This document shows, one piece after another, positions 1 through 10,633 of a DNA stretch of 40,427 bases. Within the stretch, counting starts at the first letter, position 1, and each line of letters begins with the position of its first letter. The notes beneath the pieces were generated by a model, which did not search any database, was not told the origin of the DNA, and saw nothing but the letters and a program-made list of their open reading frames with translations. This DNA comes from an uncultured Gimesia sp. Lineage in GTDB: Bacteria; Planctomycetota; Planctomycetia; Planctomycetales; Planctomycetaceae. The stretch spans positions 1 to 40,427 of the forward strand of contig NZ_CALFPF010000429.1 of the NCBI RefSeq assembly GCF_937919775.1. Direction: 5' to 3'. The translations under genes were made by a program, and so were the position numbers.

Positions 1-1
1 A

Positions 2-517
2 TTACGTCGCATGATGGATATGGGATATTCAAGTCTGGATCATGTTCTCTGTGACCCATATGCTGCATCTCGTTTCGATGATTTTGCGAGAAGCATGGCC
101 CCTGGATTTAAATCATTCGATTATCGATGGGCTGCATTGAGAATAAGAAAGCAAGCTCATAGTTGGCGTGCCTCATCAGAAAAATATCTTTCATTTAATG
201 GAAAATCAACACGATTTGAGTTGGATGAAAACGGATATAAAAATATTCCGAAATCACCTGCAGTATACCTATTAAAAAGTGGTTCCAATGACTCTTTACC
301 TTTATACATTGGCGAGACTTTTAATCTGATGGACAGAGCAACGCGTACAATGTCTGCACAAACAGCATTTAATCAATTTGTACCGAATACTGGCGAATGG
401 TTTCTGGAAATATACTTACAAAAAAACGTAGATCAGCTTGACCGAAGAGGTCTACAGTCATATCTGATCGGGCGAAATCAACCGCGTATGAATTTTTTGG
501 AACTTGCTGCGACATGA
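2..517 (+). CDS. C-terminal part of a protein ending in a degenerate GIY-YIG nuclease-like domain (probably 5'-truncated by the window edge)
   Basis: Frame is open from base 2 (L-R-R-M-M-D). Motifs SPAVYLL, LYIGETFNLMDR and LIGRNQPRMN match the GIY-YIG pattern. Region is visibly AT-richer than downstream genes. Confidence 0.7.
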   Translation, partial: LRRMMDMGYSSLDHVLCDPYAASRFDDFARSMAPGFKSFDYRWAALRIRKQAHSWRASSEKYLSFNGKSTRFELDENGYKNIPKSPAVYLLKSGSNDSLPLYIGETFNLMDRATRTMSAQTAFNQFVPNTGEWFLEIYLQKNVDQLDRRGLQSYLIGRNQPRMNFLELAAT

Positions 518-870
518 GCGAAGAATCAATAGCTCGACGATGCCTGAATTTAGCTGGTTTATTTGAATCGGAAGTTCTCGTAGAGCTTATGTTGCGATTC
601 TGGAAACACCCATTGGCTGATGAAATTGATTATCGGAACGATTTGTTAGAAACTGCAAATCAGGTATTAGAGAGAGCGGTTGCAGGGATTCAGGTGATCG
701 AACCTTTGAAACCAGAAGATACAAATTTGATAGCCGCTATTTGGTATGCAGAAAGTACGGGAGTTATAAATGATGAGCCGGAACAATCTGTAGAAATGAT
801 AAAAGCCCGGCAAAAATGGCTAGATCAGGTGAGGACATCGATTCCGTCTTGTTTCGGTGAGCTAGACTGA
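514..870 (+). CDS. Hypothetical acidic, probably helical protein, 118 aa
   Basis: ATGA start/stop overlap with the upstream gene, same AT-richer composition, no recognised motif. Confidence 0.7.
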   Translation: MSEESIARRCLNLAGLFESEVLVELMLRFWKHPLADEIDYRNDLLETANQVLERAVAGIQVIEPLKPEDTNLIAAIWYAESTGVINDEPEQSVEMIKARQKWLDQVRTSIPSCFGELD

Positions 871-1046
871 GGCCCGAGAGCGGCAATACTTCAGCTGATA
901 TAGCGTTCTTCTGACTGTTCAATATACACATCGCCTTTCCCCCAATTTGACCCCTTTTTCTTTACATCCGAACCCCCACCCGGCATTATGGAGTGAGCGT
1001 CTTTGGCGAATTCCTTCCTGTTCTCTGTTGTTGAAGTGAGGCGGCT

Positions 1047-1814
1047 ATGCTGGTGAAGAAGTTGAAAGACAAACTGCTCAAAGGCGAAACCGTGTATGGA
1101 TCGCTGTTTCAATATTCTGTCGTGCCGGCGATGGTGGAATCGATTCCGAAGAACTCGCTCGATTTTGTGATTGTCACGCCCGAACATACCACCCTCGATC
1201 TCGCCGAGTTCCTGCCGCTGCGGTATGCGCTGAATTCCAAAGGCATCGTCTGCCTCGCCCGCACGCACAGCCGCGACGCCGCTGATGTGGCCCGCGTCTG
1301 TGATACCTTTGATGGCGTGGTGGTGCCGTATGTCGAAGAATACGAACAGGCACAGGAACTGGCGGCCGCCGCCGTTTATCGACCGCTGAAAGGCATCGTG
1401 CTGGACAAGGTGCTCAAGACGGGCAAATTTGTGAATCAAAAGACGGCCGACTACATCGAGAAAAAGAACGAGAACACACTGTTCATTCCGATGATCGAAT
1501 CGGTGCCCGGCATCGAGAACCTGGAGAAGATCTGTTCGATTCCCGGCGTGAATGCGGTCTTCGTCGGCCCCGGCGATCTAACGGCCAACATGGGCATTCC
1601 CGGCGAGTACGATCATCCGGATCTGATCGCCGCCATTCAACGTGTGATCGACACGGCCAATCAGCAACACGTCGCCGCCGGCTGCTGGTTCGGCACCACG
1701 AAACAGGCCGTCCGCACAATCCGCCAGGGCGCCCGACTGGTCGTGTATGCCAACGACGGCCTGATGCTGCAGCACGCGATGCAGACCGCGTTCAGCGAAC
1801 TGCGGAAAGGGTGA
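1047..1814 (+). CDS. HpcH/HpaI class II pyruvate aldolase / citrate lyase family protein
   Basis: Motifs TPEH, CLART, GVVVPYVE, PMIES and FVGPGDLTANMG; GAGG RBS upstream. Confidence 0.88.
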   Translation: MLVKKLKDKLLKGETVYGSLFQYSVVPAMVESIPKNSLDFVIVTPEHTTLDLAEFLPLRYALNSKGIVCLARTHSRDAADVARVCDTFDGVVVPYVEEYEQAQELAAAAVYRPLKGIVLDKVLKTGKFVNQKTADYIEKKNENTLFIPMIESVPGIENLEKICSIPGVNAVFVGPGDLTANMGIPGEYDHPDLIAAIQRVIDTANQQHVAAGCWFGTTKQAVRTIRQGARLVVYANDGLMLQHAMQTAFSELRKG

Positions 1815-1837
1815 GTTTCTTTTCGTTTCAACGTCAA

Positions 1838-1915
1838 GTGAGCGGCATGGCGCCAGCCGCCATTAAAGAGCATTGATGCCGAATCTCACACCGGTGGCTA
1901 GCGCCATTCCGCTCA
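1838..1915. repeat. REP-like inverted doublet, family A
   Basis: GTGAGCGGCATGGCGCCAGCCGCC ... CGGTGGCTAGCGCCATTCCGCTCA, with related copies at 12.2, 12.5, 37.0 and 38.3 kb. Confidence 0.85.
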
Positions 1916-2150
1916 TTTCTTTTCGCATTTCCCGTGAATAGCGCAGCGCAAGTCGTTATCTCTACAATAAATAGCTCCATTCTCTTTTTCGTGAAGCAGA
2001 CGGTTCCCCTTGAACGGGGGCATGCCTTTTTCAATTCACTCATCAAAATGTGTTGATGTTTCCGATAATCCCTTTTATCATGACAACTTAAAGAGACGCT
2101 GGTTGATATCACATTTTCTCAGAACGACCTGCCTCCAGGAAGCTAGCTCT

Positions 2151-3506
2151 ATGTTGACCATTGCGAGTGGCAAACAGCATCGTTTTTGCGACGGGATCTC
2201 GCGACGGAATTTCCTGCAGATTGGTTCGTTGGCCATGGGCGGGCTGTCACTGCCACAAATTTTGCGGGCGCAGGATCTCTCCGGCAAACGGGACTCTCAT
2301 AAAGCGGTGATCATGATTTTTCTGTCGGGTGGCCCGCCGCACCAGGATTGGTTTGATCTCAAACCGGATGCTCCATCTGAAATTCGTGGTCCGCGTGAGC
2401 CGATCGCAACCAACGTTCCCGGCATCGAAATTTGCGAATTGATGCCGCGGCTGTCCAGGATGGCCGACAAGTTTGCTTTTATTCGTTCGATGGTCGGTTC
2501 CGAAGGGCGACATGCTTCGTTCCAGTGTATGACGGGTAGACGGTCCAGCCGTCAACCGCAGGGAGGCTGGCCTTCGCTGGGGTCGACATTGTCAAAGCTG
2601 CAGGGTGGGACTGATCCGGCGGTGCCTCCCTTCATCGGGTTATCGCCGAAGATGGGCAACGCCCCCTGGGCGGACGTGGGGCAGCCTGGTTTTCTGGGAG
2701 TCGCCCATTCCGCCTTCAAGCCGAGCGCGGAAGGCAAAGCGGACATGATCCTCAACAGTGTCAACGCGGCGCGACTGGATGATCGCAAAACGCTGTTGGC
2801 CTCGCTCGATAATATGCGGCGACAAGCAGAAGTAGTCGAGGATATGCAGGGGATCGATGCCTACACGAAACAGGCGTTTGGTATTCTGACTTCGAGCAGG
2901 CTGGCTCAGGCTCTGGACTTGTCTCAGGAAGATCCGAAGTTGCGCGATCGTTATGGCCGCGGCTCGAACAAGCCGGCCGGTTACGGCGACGCGGGACCTT
3001 TATTGAACGATTATTTTCTCATGGCCCGCCGTCTGGTCGAAGTGGGTGTGCGTTGCGTCACGCTGGCTTACGGTCGCTGGGACTGGCACGGCAAGCCGCA
3101 CGGCACCATCTTCGAGCATGAAGAAGAACATTTTCCGATGCTCGACCAGGGATTGACCGCGCTGATGGAGGACCTGCAGAACCGGGGGATGGAAAAAGAC
3201 GTTTCTGTGGTCGTCTGGGGAGAATTCGGGCGTACGCCGCGGATCAGCCCCACGGTCGGTCGGGATCATTGGCCGAAGGTTTCCTGCGCCATGCTGGCCG
3301 GGGGCGGAATGCGCACCGGTCAGGTGATTGGTTCCACGAACCGTTTCGCCGAACATGTCGAGGATCGTCCGGTCGGTTTCAACGAGGTGTTTGCCACGCT
3401 GTATCACAACCTGGGGATCGATGTGAACACCACAACGGTGACGGATCTGTCAGGACGACCGACGTATCTGGTCGACCCGACTCAGCCGATGCGAGAGCTG
3501 GTTTAA
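2151..3506 (+). CDS. DUF1501 domain protein
   Basis: [14 protein letters not shown]-terminus, [25 protein letters not shown] and GRDHWP. Start moved to the ATG at 2151, which follows an AGGA RBS. Confidence 0.92.
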   Translation: MLTIASGKQHRFCDGISRRNFLQIGSLAMGGLSLPQILRAQDLSGKRDSHKAVIMIFLSGGPPHQDWFDLKPDAPSEIRGPREPIATNVPGIEICELMPRLSRMADKFAFIRSMVGSEGRHASFQCMTGRRSSRQPQGGWPSLGSTLSKLQGGTDPAVPPFIGLSPKMGNAPWADVGQPGFLGVAHSAFKPSAEGKADMILNSVNAARLDDRKTLLASLDNMRRQAEVVEDMQGIDAYTKQAFGILTSSRLAQALDLSQEDPKLRDRYGRGSNKPAGYGDAGPLLNDYFLMARRLVEVGVRCVTLAYGRWDWHGKPHGTIFEHEEEHFPMLDQGLTALMEDLQNRGMEKDVSVVVWGEFGRTPRISPTVGRDHWPKVSCAMLAGGGMRTGQVIGSTNRFAEHVEDRPVGFNEVFATLYHNLGIDVNTTTVTDLSGRPTYLVDPTQPMRELV

Positions 3507-3550
3507 GTTTGTTCCATTCATTCTGCTTGACTCATATGCCCCGACAACCA

Positions 3551-3826
3551 ATGAAATTGACCACAATGGCGGCATTGTGCATTGTCTTTCTGATTGTGGT
3601 CGAGATGCGGCATCTCTATCTCAGTATGCATGATCTGAATCTCGCTTTCAGCCACATACGAATAGCTTTTTGGCTCGGGATCATCGCCGGCTTATCGATT
3701 GCGGCCCTCGGTTTTTTATTGAAACACCCTCTTGGGGGAATGATCGCTGGTGCTTGCCTTTGCTATTTGCTTGCGATCGGCTATCTCGTCATCTGGGTCG
3801 GGATTCCCGTTGAATGGATCTATTAA
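3551..3826 (+). CDS. Small membrane protein with about three TM segments
   Basis: Hydrophobic 3' half of ORF 3269..3826, lying outside the DUF1501 overlap. Alternative start at 3536. Confidence 0.6.
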   Translation: MKLTTMAALCIVFLIVVEMRHLYLSMHDLNLAFSHIRIAFWLGIIAGLSIAALGFLLKHPLGGMIAGACLCYLLAIGYLVIWVGIPVEWIY

Positions 3827-3919
3827 AGAGCCGCGGGAAAAGCTACCATTCGAGCCCGACACCTGTTATCTTTCCCGACGGTGAACAAGGCGGTACACGA
3901 AATTCATTGATACCAGAAC

Positions 3920-5278
3920 ATGGATACGGACATGCATGAAGCAGAGTTGAACCGGCGATTGGAACTGAAATCAGCGATGCGGGTTTATCTGCTGGCGTTG
4001 ATCATTGGTCTGGGCGTGGGAACGGTGGGATCGGCGTTTCACTATAGTGTGGATCGCGCGATTGACCTGTATGCCGTCATTGCCACAATGTTCGCTGGTC
4101 ATGAAATCATGGCGACCCTCATCGCCGCACTGATGGGAGGCGCAATGGTCGCAGCCTCGGCTACACTGGTGCGTCGATTCGCACCCGAAACAGCGGGGAG
4201 CGGCATTCAGGAAATCGAAGGCGCGATGTCAGGACTCAGGCCGGTTCGCTGGAAAAGCGTGCTGCCCGTCAAATTTTTCGGCGGTGTGCTGTCGATGGGG
4301 GCGGGCCTGGTGCTGGGGCGAGAAGGCCCGACGATCCACTTAGGCGGCTGCATCGGCCAGATCGTGGGCGAGAAAGCAAAGGGCAATACCCATACCATCA
4401 ACACGCTGCTGGCCGCTGGTGCCACCGCAGGGTTGAGCGTTGCGTTCAGCGCGCCACTGGGAGCGATTCTCTTCATGATTGAGGAAATGCGCCACCGGTT
4501 CCAATACAACTTTGTCTCACTGCATGCGGTGATTCTCGCCAGTATCACGGCGAATCTGGTGAGCGACCAGGTGTTCGGCACACTGCCTCAACTGCCGGTC
4601 CAGCTCCAGACCTGGCTGCCGACGTTGCCTCCGCCGGAAGAGATCCTGTTCTTCTTTCCGTTTAATCTGCTGCTGGGGGCGCTGATCGGCGTGCTGGGCG
4701 CCGGCTTCAATACGACGTTATTGAAATGCCTGCGTTTATCTGATCGTTTGAGTCGACGTACGATGTTGATCATTGCCACATCCGTCGGCGCTGTGGTGGG
4801 AGCACTGATGATGGTCGCACCCGCTTTCGTGGGCGGTGGTGAGAAACTGGTCGCAGAGTTATTTTCCGGGGCTCCTCTGTTTGGTGTGCTGCTGGCCCTG
4901 CTCGTTGTTCGCGCCGCCATGACATTTTTGAGTTATTCAATGGGTGTTCCCGGCGGCATCTTCGCCCCGATGCTGGCGCTGGGCGCATTGATCGGCATGA
5001 GCTTCGGCTATGCGGCACAAGCGGCGGTGCCCCACGTCGACATGCATGCCGGCGCGTTTGCCATCGCCGCTATGGGGGCTCTGTTCGCAGCGACGGTGCG
5101 GGCACCGATGACGGGCATCGTACTGGTAGCGGAGATGACCGCGAGCTTCGAATTGCTGCCGGCGATGATTGTCACCTGCATGACCGCCAGCATCGTCGCC
5201 CAGTCACTCGGCAGTAAACCGGTTTACGACCTGCTGCTGGAGCGGACACTGGAAGATAAGAAGATTAAGGATGATTGA
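3920..5278 (+). CDS. clcA: CLC-family H+/Cl- antiporter
   Basis: GSGIQE, GREGPT (gating Glu), ILFMIEEMR (proton Glu), GGIFAPML and terminal KPVY motifs. Confidence 0.93.
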   Translation: MDTDMHEAELNRRLELKSAMRVYLLALIIGLGVGTVGSAFHYSVDRAIDLYAVIATMFAGHEIMATLIAALMGGAMVAASATLVRRFAPETAGSGIQEIEGAMSGLRPVRWKSVLPVKFFGGVLSMGAGLVLGREGPTIHLGGCIGQIVGEKAKGNTHTINTLLAAGATAGLSVAFSAPLGAILFMIEEMRHRFQYNFVSLHAVILASITANLVSDQVFGTLPQLPVQLQTWLPTLPPPEEILFFFPFNLLLGALIGVLGAGFNTTLLKCLRLSDRLSRRTMLIIATSVGAVVGALMMVAPAFVGGGEKLVAELFSGAPLFGVLLALLVVRAAMTFLSYSMGVPGGIFAPMLALGALIGMSFGYAAQAAVPHVDMHAGAFAIAAMGALFAATVRAPMTGIVLVAEMTASFELLPAMIVTCMTASIVAQSLGSKPVYDLLLERTLEDKKIKDD

Positions 5279-5344
5279 CCAGTTTTTATCACGAACCGGT
5301 GACGATTCGCATGAAATGATGTCAAACGTCGGTCGCAGTCCTAC

Positions 5345-6094
5345 TCACGGAACCGGGCCCCAGATTTTGATCATCAGCGCATACATTGTCGGATCGTGTG
5401 CTTCGAGTTCCGCTCGTACAAACGGGTAGAAATCGTTCACGCCCAGATAGGCCTCGGTCGATTCCGCAAAATATTCTTTGTGGTTATTTAAACCGTAGTG
5501 CCGTACTTTTTTGCCCGTATGCAACAGCACACTTTCGTAGATGCCTTTCTCTTTGGCGGCATTAAATGTCGCCACAATGTCGGCCTGATCGAAACTCAAC
5601 ACCTGGTCGTGATAGGCGTGCGCCAGTTCGTGCAGGACGACATACGGATGCTTGGCCCACATTTTCTGCTCCAGCAGTTGCCCGGCAATCGGAATATGCA
5701 CGTGTTTCGCGAGACGTGGATCGTGCCCGTGGGCAATCAACCAGCCTTTGTCGGGATGGTATTGCATATTCTTCAGCTTCGGATTCTTCAGCTCGATCCA
5801 GATTCGCATTTTCTGCAACTGCGCAATTCGTTCTTCCGGCAGAATGTATTTGACCCGCTGCAAATGGTTCGCCAATGCGGTTAACGCCTTCCTGCCCGCC
5901 TCGGCGCGTTCTGGAGCGAGCAGTAACGGATCGACGGCTACCGTCCAGCCCTCAATCTGTTGTTCGACCGGGTCATAAAACGTGGGAGCTTCTTCCGCCT
6001 GCAGTCGAGCCAAAAGTGATCCTGCCGCACAAAACAGAATCACGATCACAAGCCGTGCAGGCAGCCTTTCTGAATTCCACCGATGATTCCGCAT
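5345..6094 (-). CDS. Secreted zincin-type metallopeptidase
   Basis: Signal-like N-terminus, HELAH zinc motif, downstream NHKEYFAE. Start at 6094 follows GAGG. Confidence 0.8.
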   Translation of the reverse strand: MRNHRWNSERLPARLVIVILFCAAGSLLARLQAEEAPTFYDPVEQQIEGWTVAVDPLLLAPERAEAGRKALTALANHLQRVKYILPEERIAQLQKMRIWIELKNPKLKNMQYHPDKGWLIAHGHDPRLAKHVHIPIAGQLLEQKMWAKHPYVVLHELAHAYHDQVLSFDQADIVATFNAAKEKGIYESVLLHTGKKVRHYGLNNHKEYFAESTEAYLGVNDFYPFVRAELEAHDPTMYALMIKIWGPVP

Positions 6095-6297
6095 GCTGAT
6101 CCTCTGACATTTAAGAGAAGGGATAATTTGAGGATCGATTTTAATGGTTTCAAACGAAAAGCGGAACAATCAGAGCAGTCAGGGCTGCCGGTGCAACGAC
6201 GGAGAGAGCGACATCACCTCTGGCATTTGTAAATCGCTTGTATAGAATAGAAGGGAAGTAAGCACTTATCACATTGTTTGATCCATCTCGATGACGC

Positions 6298-7308
6298 ATG
6301 AATACGAAATCACAATCAGCTTGGAAACGTTGGCTACCGTGGCTGGTCCCTTTACCACGCGGGATATTTGACAAACCACTCACCGGAAAACAAATGCTCG
6401 TTTATTATCTCTGGCGGGTGTGCGCATTTTATGCACTGCTGCTGATGCTGTTGATGCTTGTACAACGCTGGCTCATCTATCAACCCACGCGGGTCACCTC
6501 TTTATCCGTCGATCAGGCCAATGCTCCCTTCGGTGCGATACATGAGATTTCCACCAAAACGGAAGATGGTCTCGATCTGAAAGGCTGGCATTTTCTGGCA
6601 GGGCAAGTCGCCTGCAATGATCGCGCAGGCTGCGACGCGGAACTGGCGAAAGGACGGCCGGTCGTGATCCTGCTCCACGGTAACGGCGGAAACCGTCTGC
6701 ACCGCATCGAAACCTGTCGGCTGCTGGCCAGTCTCGGTCTGCATGTGTTCGCGTTCGACTATCGCGGCTACGCCGAAAATCCGGGCAGCCCCAGTCAGAC
6801 CGGATTGCTCAACGACGCCCGTGCGTTCTGGAAGTACGCCGTCCGCGATCGCAAAATTGATCCGGATCGCATCATTCTGATGGGTGAATCGCTGGGAGGT
6901 GGCGTGGCGACATTACTCGCCAGCGAACTCTGTCAACAGAAAACGCCGCCCGCGGGGCTGGTGCTGCGTTCTACTTTCAGTTCGATGGTCGATGCCGCCT
7001 CGTTTCATTATCCCTGGGTCCCCGTCTCCTGGTTACTCTGGGATCAGTATCCCAGCCAGACCGTGATTCCGAATGTCGTTTGTCCTGTGTTAGTGATTCA
7101 CGGAACCGAAGATCAGATCGTCCCCTATGCGTTGGGGAAAAAATTATTCGACGCCGCTTCACCCGCTTCAGCGACAGGCATTCCCAAACAGATGGTGTCG
7201 GTGGAGCAGGGCACCCATAACGACCTGCTCTCCGAAGCCCGGGGCACACTGACCGCCGCCTACGATCAATTCGCCAGACAGATCTTCGCGCAGACGGTCG
7301 CGCCATAA
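6298..7308 (+). CDS. Membrane-anchored alpha/beta hydrolase (ABHD12/13-like)
   Basis: N-terminal TM, HGNGG, FDYRGY, GESLG nucleophile elbow, HGTEDQIVP and THND triad motifs. Confidence 0.9.
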   Translation: MNTKSQSAWKRWLPWLVPLPRGIFDKPLTGKQMLVYYLWRVCAFYALLLMLLMLVQRWLIYQPTRVTSLSVDQANAPFGAIHEISTKTEDGLDLKGWHFLAGQVACNDRAGCDAELAKGRPVVILLHGNGGNRLHRIETCRLLASLGLHVFAFDYRGYAENPGSPSQTGLLNDARAFWKYAVRDRKIDPDRIILMGESLGGGVATLLASELCQQKTPPAGLVLRSTFSSMVDAASFHYPWVPVSWLLWDQYPSQTVIPNVVCPVLVIHGTEDQIVPYALGKKLFDAASPASATGIPKQMVSVEQGTHNDLLSEARGTLTAAYDQFARQIFAQTVAP

Positions 7309-7353
7309 ACGGAGTATAATGAAAAAAACAGCGCGTCACGGGCCGCTGCAGAT

Positions 7354-8343
7354 TTACTCGGAAGGAAACCGCTTACTCCGAAAGCTGCTGGGGGTTTCTC
7401 CGGAAAGTTTGCGAAAGGCTCGCGTAAAATAGGCGGGGGATGAAAAGCCCAGCTTGCGGCTCACCTGATCGACCGTCAGTGTGGGATCACTCAACATGCG
7501 TTTGGCCTGCCAGATTTTGATCTCGTTGAAATAAGCCATGATGCCACAGCCATAGGTTTTGCGAAATGCGGTTTTGGCAAGCGTGGGACTCACGTGAACT
7601 TCACGCGCGACTTCGGGAATCGTCAAGCGGTCATTCACACGGTTGATCAGCAGGCGTCGAATGCGTTGCGCGACGTCGTCCTGAATTTTGCCGCTGACGG
7701 TGGGCGCAAAATGATTGAGGATCAAAGACAGAAACAACAGCAGGCGACTGGTGATATCGACCATGCGATGGGGATGTTCCGCGATCAACTGGTCAGCCAT
7801 TCTCCAGAATGCGTGCTGCAGATCCGGATTTCCCGCAGTCTTCACACACTCGACCCCTTTGACAAGCGTCTCCAGCTCACGGCAGGCCTCAGCAACCCCC
7901 GACTGTTCCGGCCACTCGCCGAGGCGCTCCAGATCGATCAGGAATGCAATGGTCGACGCCGTATGCGGCCCCTCGTTAAACCAGTGATGATCGACGCCCG
8001 GGCCGATCATGCAAAAATCGCCGGAATCCAGCTCATAACCTCCCTCGGGTGTCAACAGTGTCAGCGGTCCCTGCAGACTGCCGTGCATGGCGATGACCGA
8101 GTGATTGTGTTTCTGCGTCGTCGTTTTCGGCGGAAAATGGCCGGAAGTAAATCGGGCAAACGGACCCGGCGTTGGATGATAATACGCGAGGTAACTCCAG
8201 CTTTGTTTGAGTGAAGCCATTCTCTGGGGGCGTATGGAGGGAAGATAATAAGACAGGTCGGTTTTATCTGCTTCGACATCGATCTCGCGCTGGATGAGCT
8301 GTCTCGATGTTTCTGGTGCCTGGACTGTAGTTTTATGACGCAT
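7354..8343 (-). CDS. AraC-family transcriptional regulator with cupin sensing domain
   Basis: Cupin-like HNHS...PGVDHH, and C-terminal double HTH ending LGFSSPAYFTRAFRKLSGETPSSFR. Confidence 0.92.
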   Translation of the reverse strand: MRHKTTVQAPETSRQLIQREIDVEADKTDLSYYLPSIRPQRMASLKQSWSYLAYYHPTPGPFARFTSGHFPPKTTTQKHNHSVIAMHGSLQGPLTLLTPEGGYELDSGDFCMIGPGVDHHWFNEGPHTASTIAFLIDLERLGEWPEQSGVAEACRELETLVKGVECVKTAGNPDLQHAFWRMADQLIAEHPHRMVDITSRLLLFLSLILNHFAPTVSGKIQDDVAQRIRRLLINRVNDRLTIPEVAREVHVSPTLAKTAFRKTYGCGIMAYFNEIKIWQAKRMLSDPTLTVDQVSRKLGFSSPAYFTRAFRKLSGETPSSFRSKRFPSE

Positions 8344-8908
8344 ATTTGCCCGATTTCGAAAGTCTGATTTTCACTTTTACGAACGCTTTTCGCCAGGGTC
8401 TTCACTGAATCGAAAACAGCCGCCAATTCAACGAAAACACTACCGTGGGATCGAGCGAATCACCACGTTCTCATTATAAACATCTTTGAGCAGACAGATA
8501 CAGCGAACGCATTTTAAACCGCTTTTTGAACAATCGAAAACCCACTTTCCCAAGATTATAGACTCCTGCATCCTCTTCGCATGGGGAATGTCCGATAGTG
8601 AAAACTTTAGGTCTGATAAGACATTTTTATCTCTGAAACTCTCTGTAGATTAGAACTTCGTAGACTGGATTTTTCAGCGACTCAATTCCGGTAAATGATG
8701 ATTTCTGATTCCGCCTGATTCCTGCAAATGGAACATCCGAAAATGTTCCTTTCGAGACTTTGACCTGCTTAGAACGGTAACAAACGAAAAGCAGGTTCAT
8801 GGCTCACCACGAAACACGTTTTCCAGTTCTGCGCTCCGCTATAACGTGAAAGTTCATTTTTTTAAATCAAATCATTGCTTTCTTAATTTTAGAAAAGGAT
8901 GAGGTCAC

Positions 8909-9904
8909 GTGAAACGAAAAGCATTTACATTAATCGAACTGCTGGTGGTCATCGCCATCATTGCGATCCTGATTGCCTTACTGCTGCCCGCTGTGCAACA
9001 GGCACGAGAGGCGGCCCGCCGCAGCGCGTGTAAAAATAACCTGAAACAAATCGGTCTGGCATTTCACAACTATCACGATGCGTTTACCACATTTCCGATT
9101 GGTTCTCAGTACAACATGTGGCAGGCAAACTGGCGGTCTTCCATCCTGCCGTACATCGATCAGGCTCCTCTTTACAATCAGCTGACGCAGACTCCTGCTA
9201 ATGGCCGCGGTTATAATACCACAAACAACTGGACGGGCGGTGGTGGATATGGAACGGGAGCGGGATCCAATGAAGCGTTGGATAAAGCATACGTCAATGT
9301 GTATAAATGCCCTTCCAGCCCTCTGGACCCTTTTTATGTGGGAACGGTCGGAGGCAGACATCCCACCCCGAAGGACTCACAAGTGGGGATGACCATGGAC
9401 TATGTCGGCATCGGGGGGGCATTCAGCGATACCATTGCTCCTTTCAATGCAGCCAGCAACCCCAACGCCGCGGTAAATACCTATTACGGAACGATGGGCC
9501 AGAATGGCATGCTGCAAATTGGTAAAACCATACGGATGAGAGACTGCACTGACGGCACCTCAAACACGATCATCGTAGGAGAAGACTCCGGCTCCATTGC
9601 CGGAGACGACCGCCGTAAGAATCTTTCTGGCGGCTGGTCGGGTATGAGATTTCCGGGTACCTCCGGCGGTGATGGTTACGGAGGGGGGGGAGTCGTTACG
9701 ATCCGTTACACTTCCAATCCCAAAACCGCACCCGCTTATACGGGCGCGGGATATAATAACGGCCCCCTGACGTCATACCATGTCGGTGGAGTTCATGTGC
9801 TGCTGGGTGATGGAGCCGTACGATTCATCTCGGATAACCTCAACTTCACCACCTTGCTCTCGTTAGGTACCTTGAATGACGGACTGGTTGTCGGCGAGTT
9901 CTGA
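8909..9904 (+). CDS. DUF1559 prepilin-type protein with H-X9-DG C-terminal motif
   Basis: [40 protein letters not shown] and [12 protein letters not shown]; GTG start after GAGG. Confidence 0.95.
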   Translation: MKRKAFTLIELLVVIAIIAILIALLLPAVQQAREAARRSACKNNLKQIGLAFHNYHDAFTTFPIGSQYNMWQANWRSSILPYIDQAPLYNQLTQTPANGRGYNTTNNWTGGGGYGTGAGSNEALDKAYVNVYKCPSSPLDPFYVGTVGGRHPTPKDSQVGMTMDYVGIGGAFSDTIAPFNAASNPNAAVNTYYGTMGQNGMLQIGKTIRMRDCTDGTSNTIIVGEDSGSIAGDDRRKNLSGGWSGMRFPGTSGGDGYGGGGVVTIRYTSNPKTAPAYTGAGYNNGPLTSYHVGGVHVLLGDGAVRFISDNLNFTTLLSLGTLNDGLVVGEF

Positions 9905-9929
9905 TTGAACATTTTTAAATTGGTGGAGC

Positions 9930-9956
9930 GGATACGGGCGGCTATTTACCGTATCC
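9930..9956 (+). other. Intercistronic hairpin
   Basis: GGATACGG-N11-CCGTATCC between the DUF1559 and lipoprotein genes; no U-tract. Confidence 0.4.
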
Positions 9957-10015
9957 ATGTTCCCACTCGACGATCGTGTTTATACCCAACGATAAGACCA
10001 CCAGGAGAATACTGC

Positions 10016-10459
10016 ATGTTGCCCGTGAGCCCCTGTTTAAAATCTGCTTTCGCCGGAGTTCGTGGTGCCGGTTTCTGTTTTCTGATCGTATGCGCAATCA
10101 GCATTTTCGTCGGCTGTGGCGGCAGTCAGGCCGATACAAAACCGATGGGCGCCGTTTCCGGCACCATCAATCTCGCAGACAAGCCTCTCACTGACTGCCG
10201 CATCAATTTTAATTCCAGTAAAACCGGAATCGGTGCGGGAGGCGATTTGAAAGAAGATGGTTCTTATACACTCGACGGTATGATTCCCGTCGGCGAATAT
10301 ACCGTGTTTATCACGCCTCCCCTCGATTTCTCTCCCGCCAATGCCCAGCAGCAGAGCGGCCTGAGCAGTCTGCCGGCAAAGTATCGTGGCGAATCAAGCA
10401 GCGGCCTCACCGCCGACGTGAAAGAAGGGGAAGGCAAATACGATTTTGATTTGAAGTAG
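10016..10459 (+). CDS. DUF1559-associated lipoprotein (carboxypeptidase-regulatory-like beta-sandwich)
   Basis: AGGAG RBS, lipobox-like FVGC, VSGTI, GEYTVFI, LPAKY...SGLTADV and YDFDLK. Confidence 0.85.
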   Translation: MLPVSPCLKSAFAGVRGAGFCFLIVCAISIFVGCGGSQADTKPMGAVSGTINLADKPLTDCRINFNSSKTGIGAGGDLKEDGSYTLDGMIPVGEYTVFITPPLDFSPANAQQQSGLSSLPAKYRGESSSGLTADVKEGEGKYDFDLK

Positions 10460-10633
10460 TGTTCACGAGGCAGAGGCTCCGGAAGATTTATTTTAATTCG
10501 AAATATTCCTGAAAGAACAGGTGCTTGAACATCAATGGCACCGTTAAACTAGAGGATCACTTTGATACGTTTTTTGCATCCGACAGTCGTCTTTTTTCAG
10601 ATCATCACAACCAGTTTCAGAAACGATGTCACC

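Noticed and set aside
2010-2150. Upstream extensions given by the ORF track (also at 9905, 20094, 25927, 30056, 32526, 34017, 40051)
   Set aside because: Family N-termini and RBS positions favour the downstream starts reported.
3920-5278. Fluoride-specific CLC or degenerate channel
   Set aside because: Has GSGI, GREGP and both glutamates of Cl-/H+ antiporters, not GNNLI/GREGT. The Q in GSGIQE alone is weak evidence.
8720-8760. c-di-GMP-I riboswitch (GCAAA...GAAA hairpin)
   Set aside because: Lacks the following GACGCAAAGC segment and second stem.
9413-9690. G7 and G8 runs in DUF1559 as phase-variation tracts
   Set aside because: Short, in frame and explained by Gly codons; would need read-level length variation.
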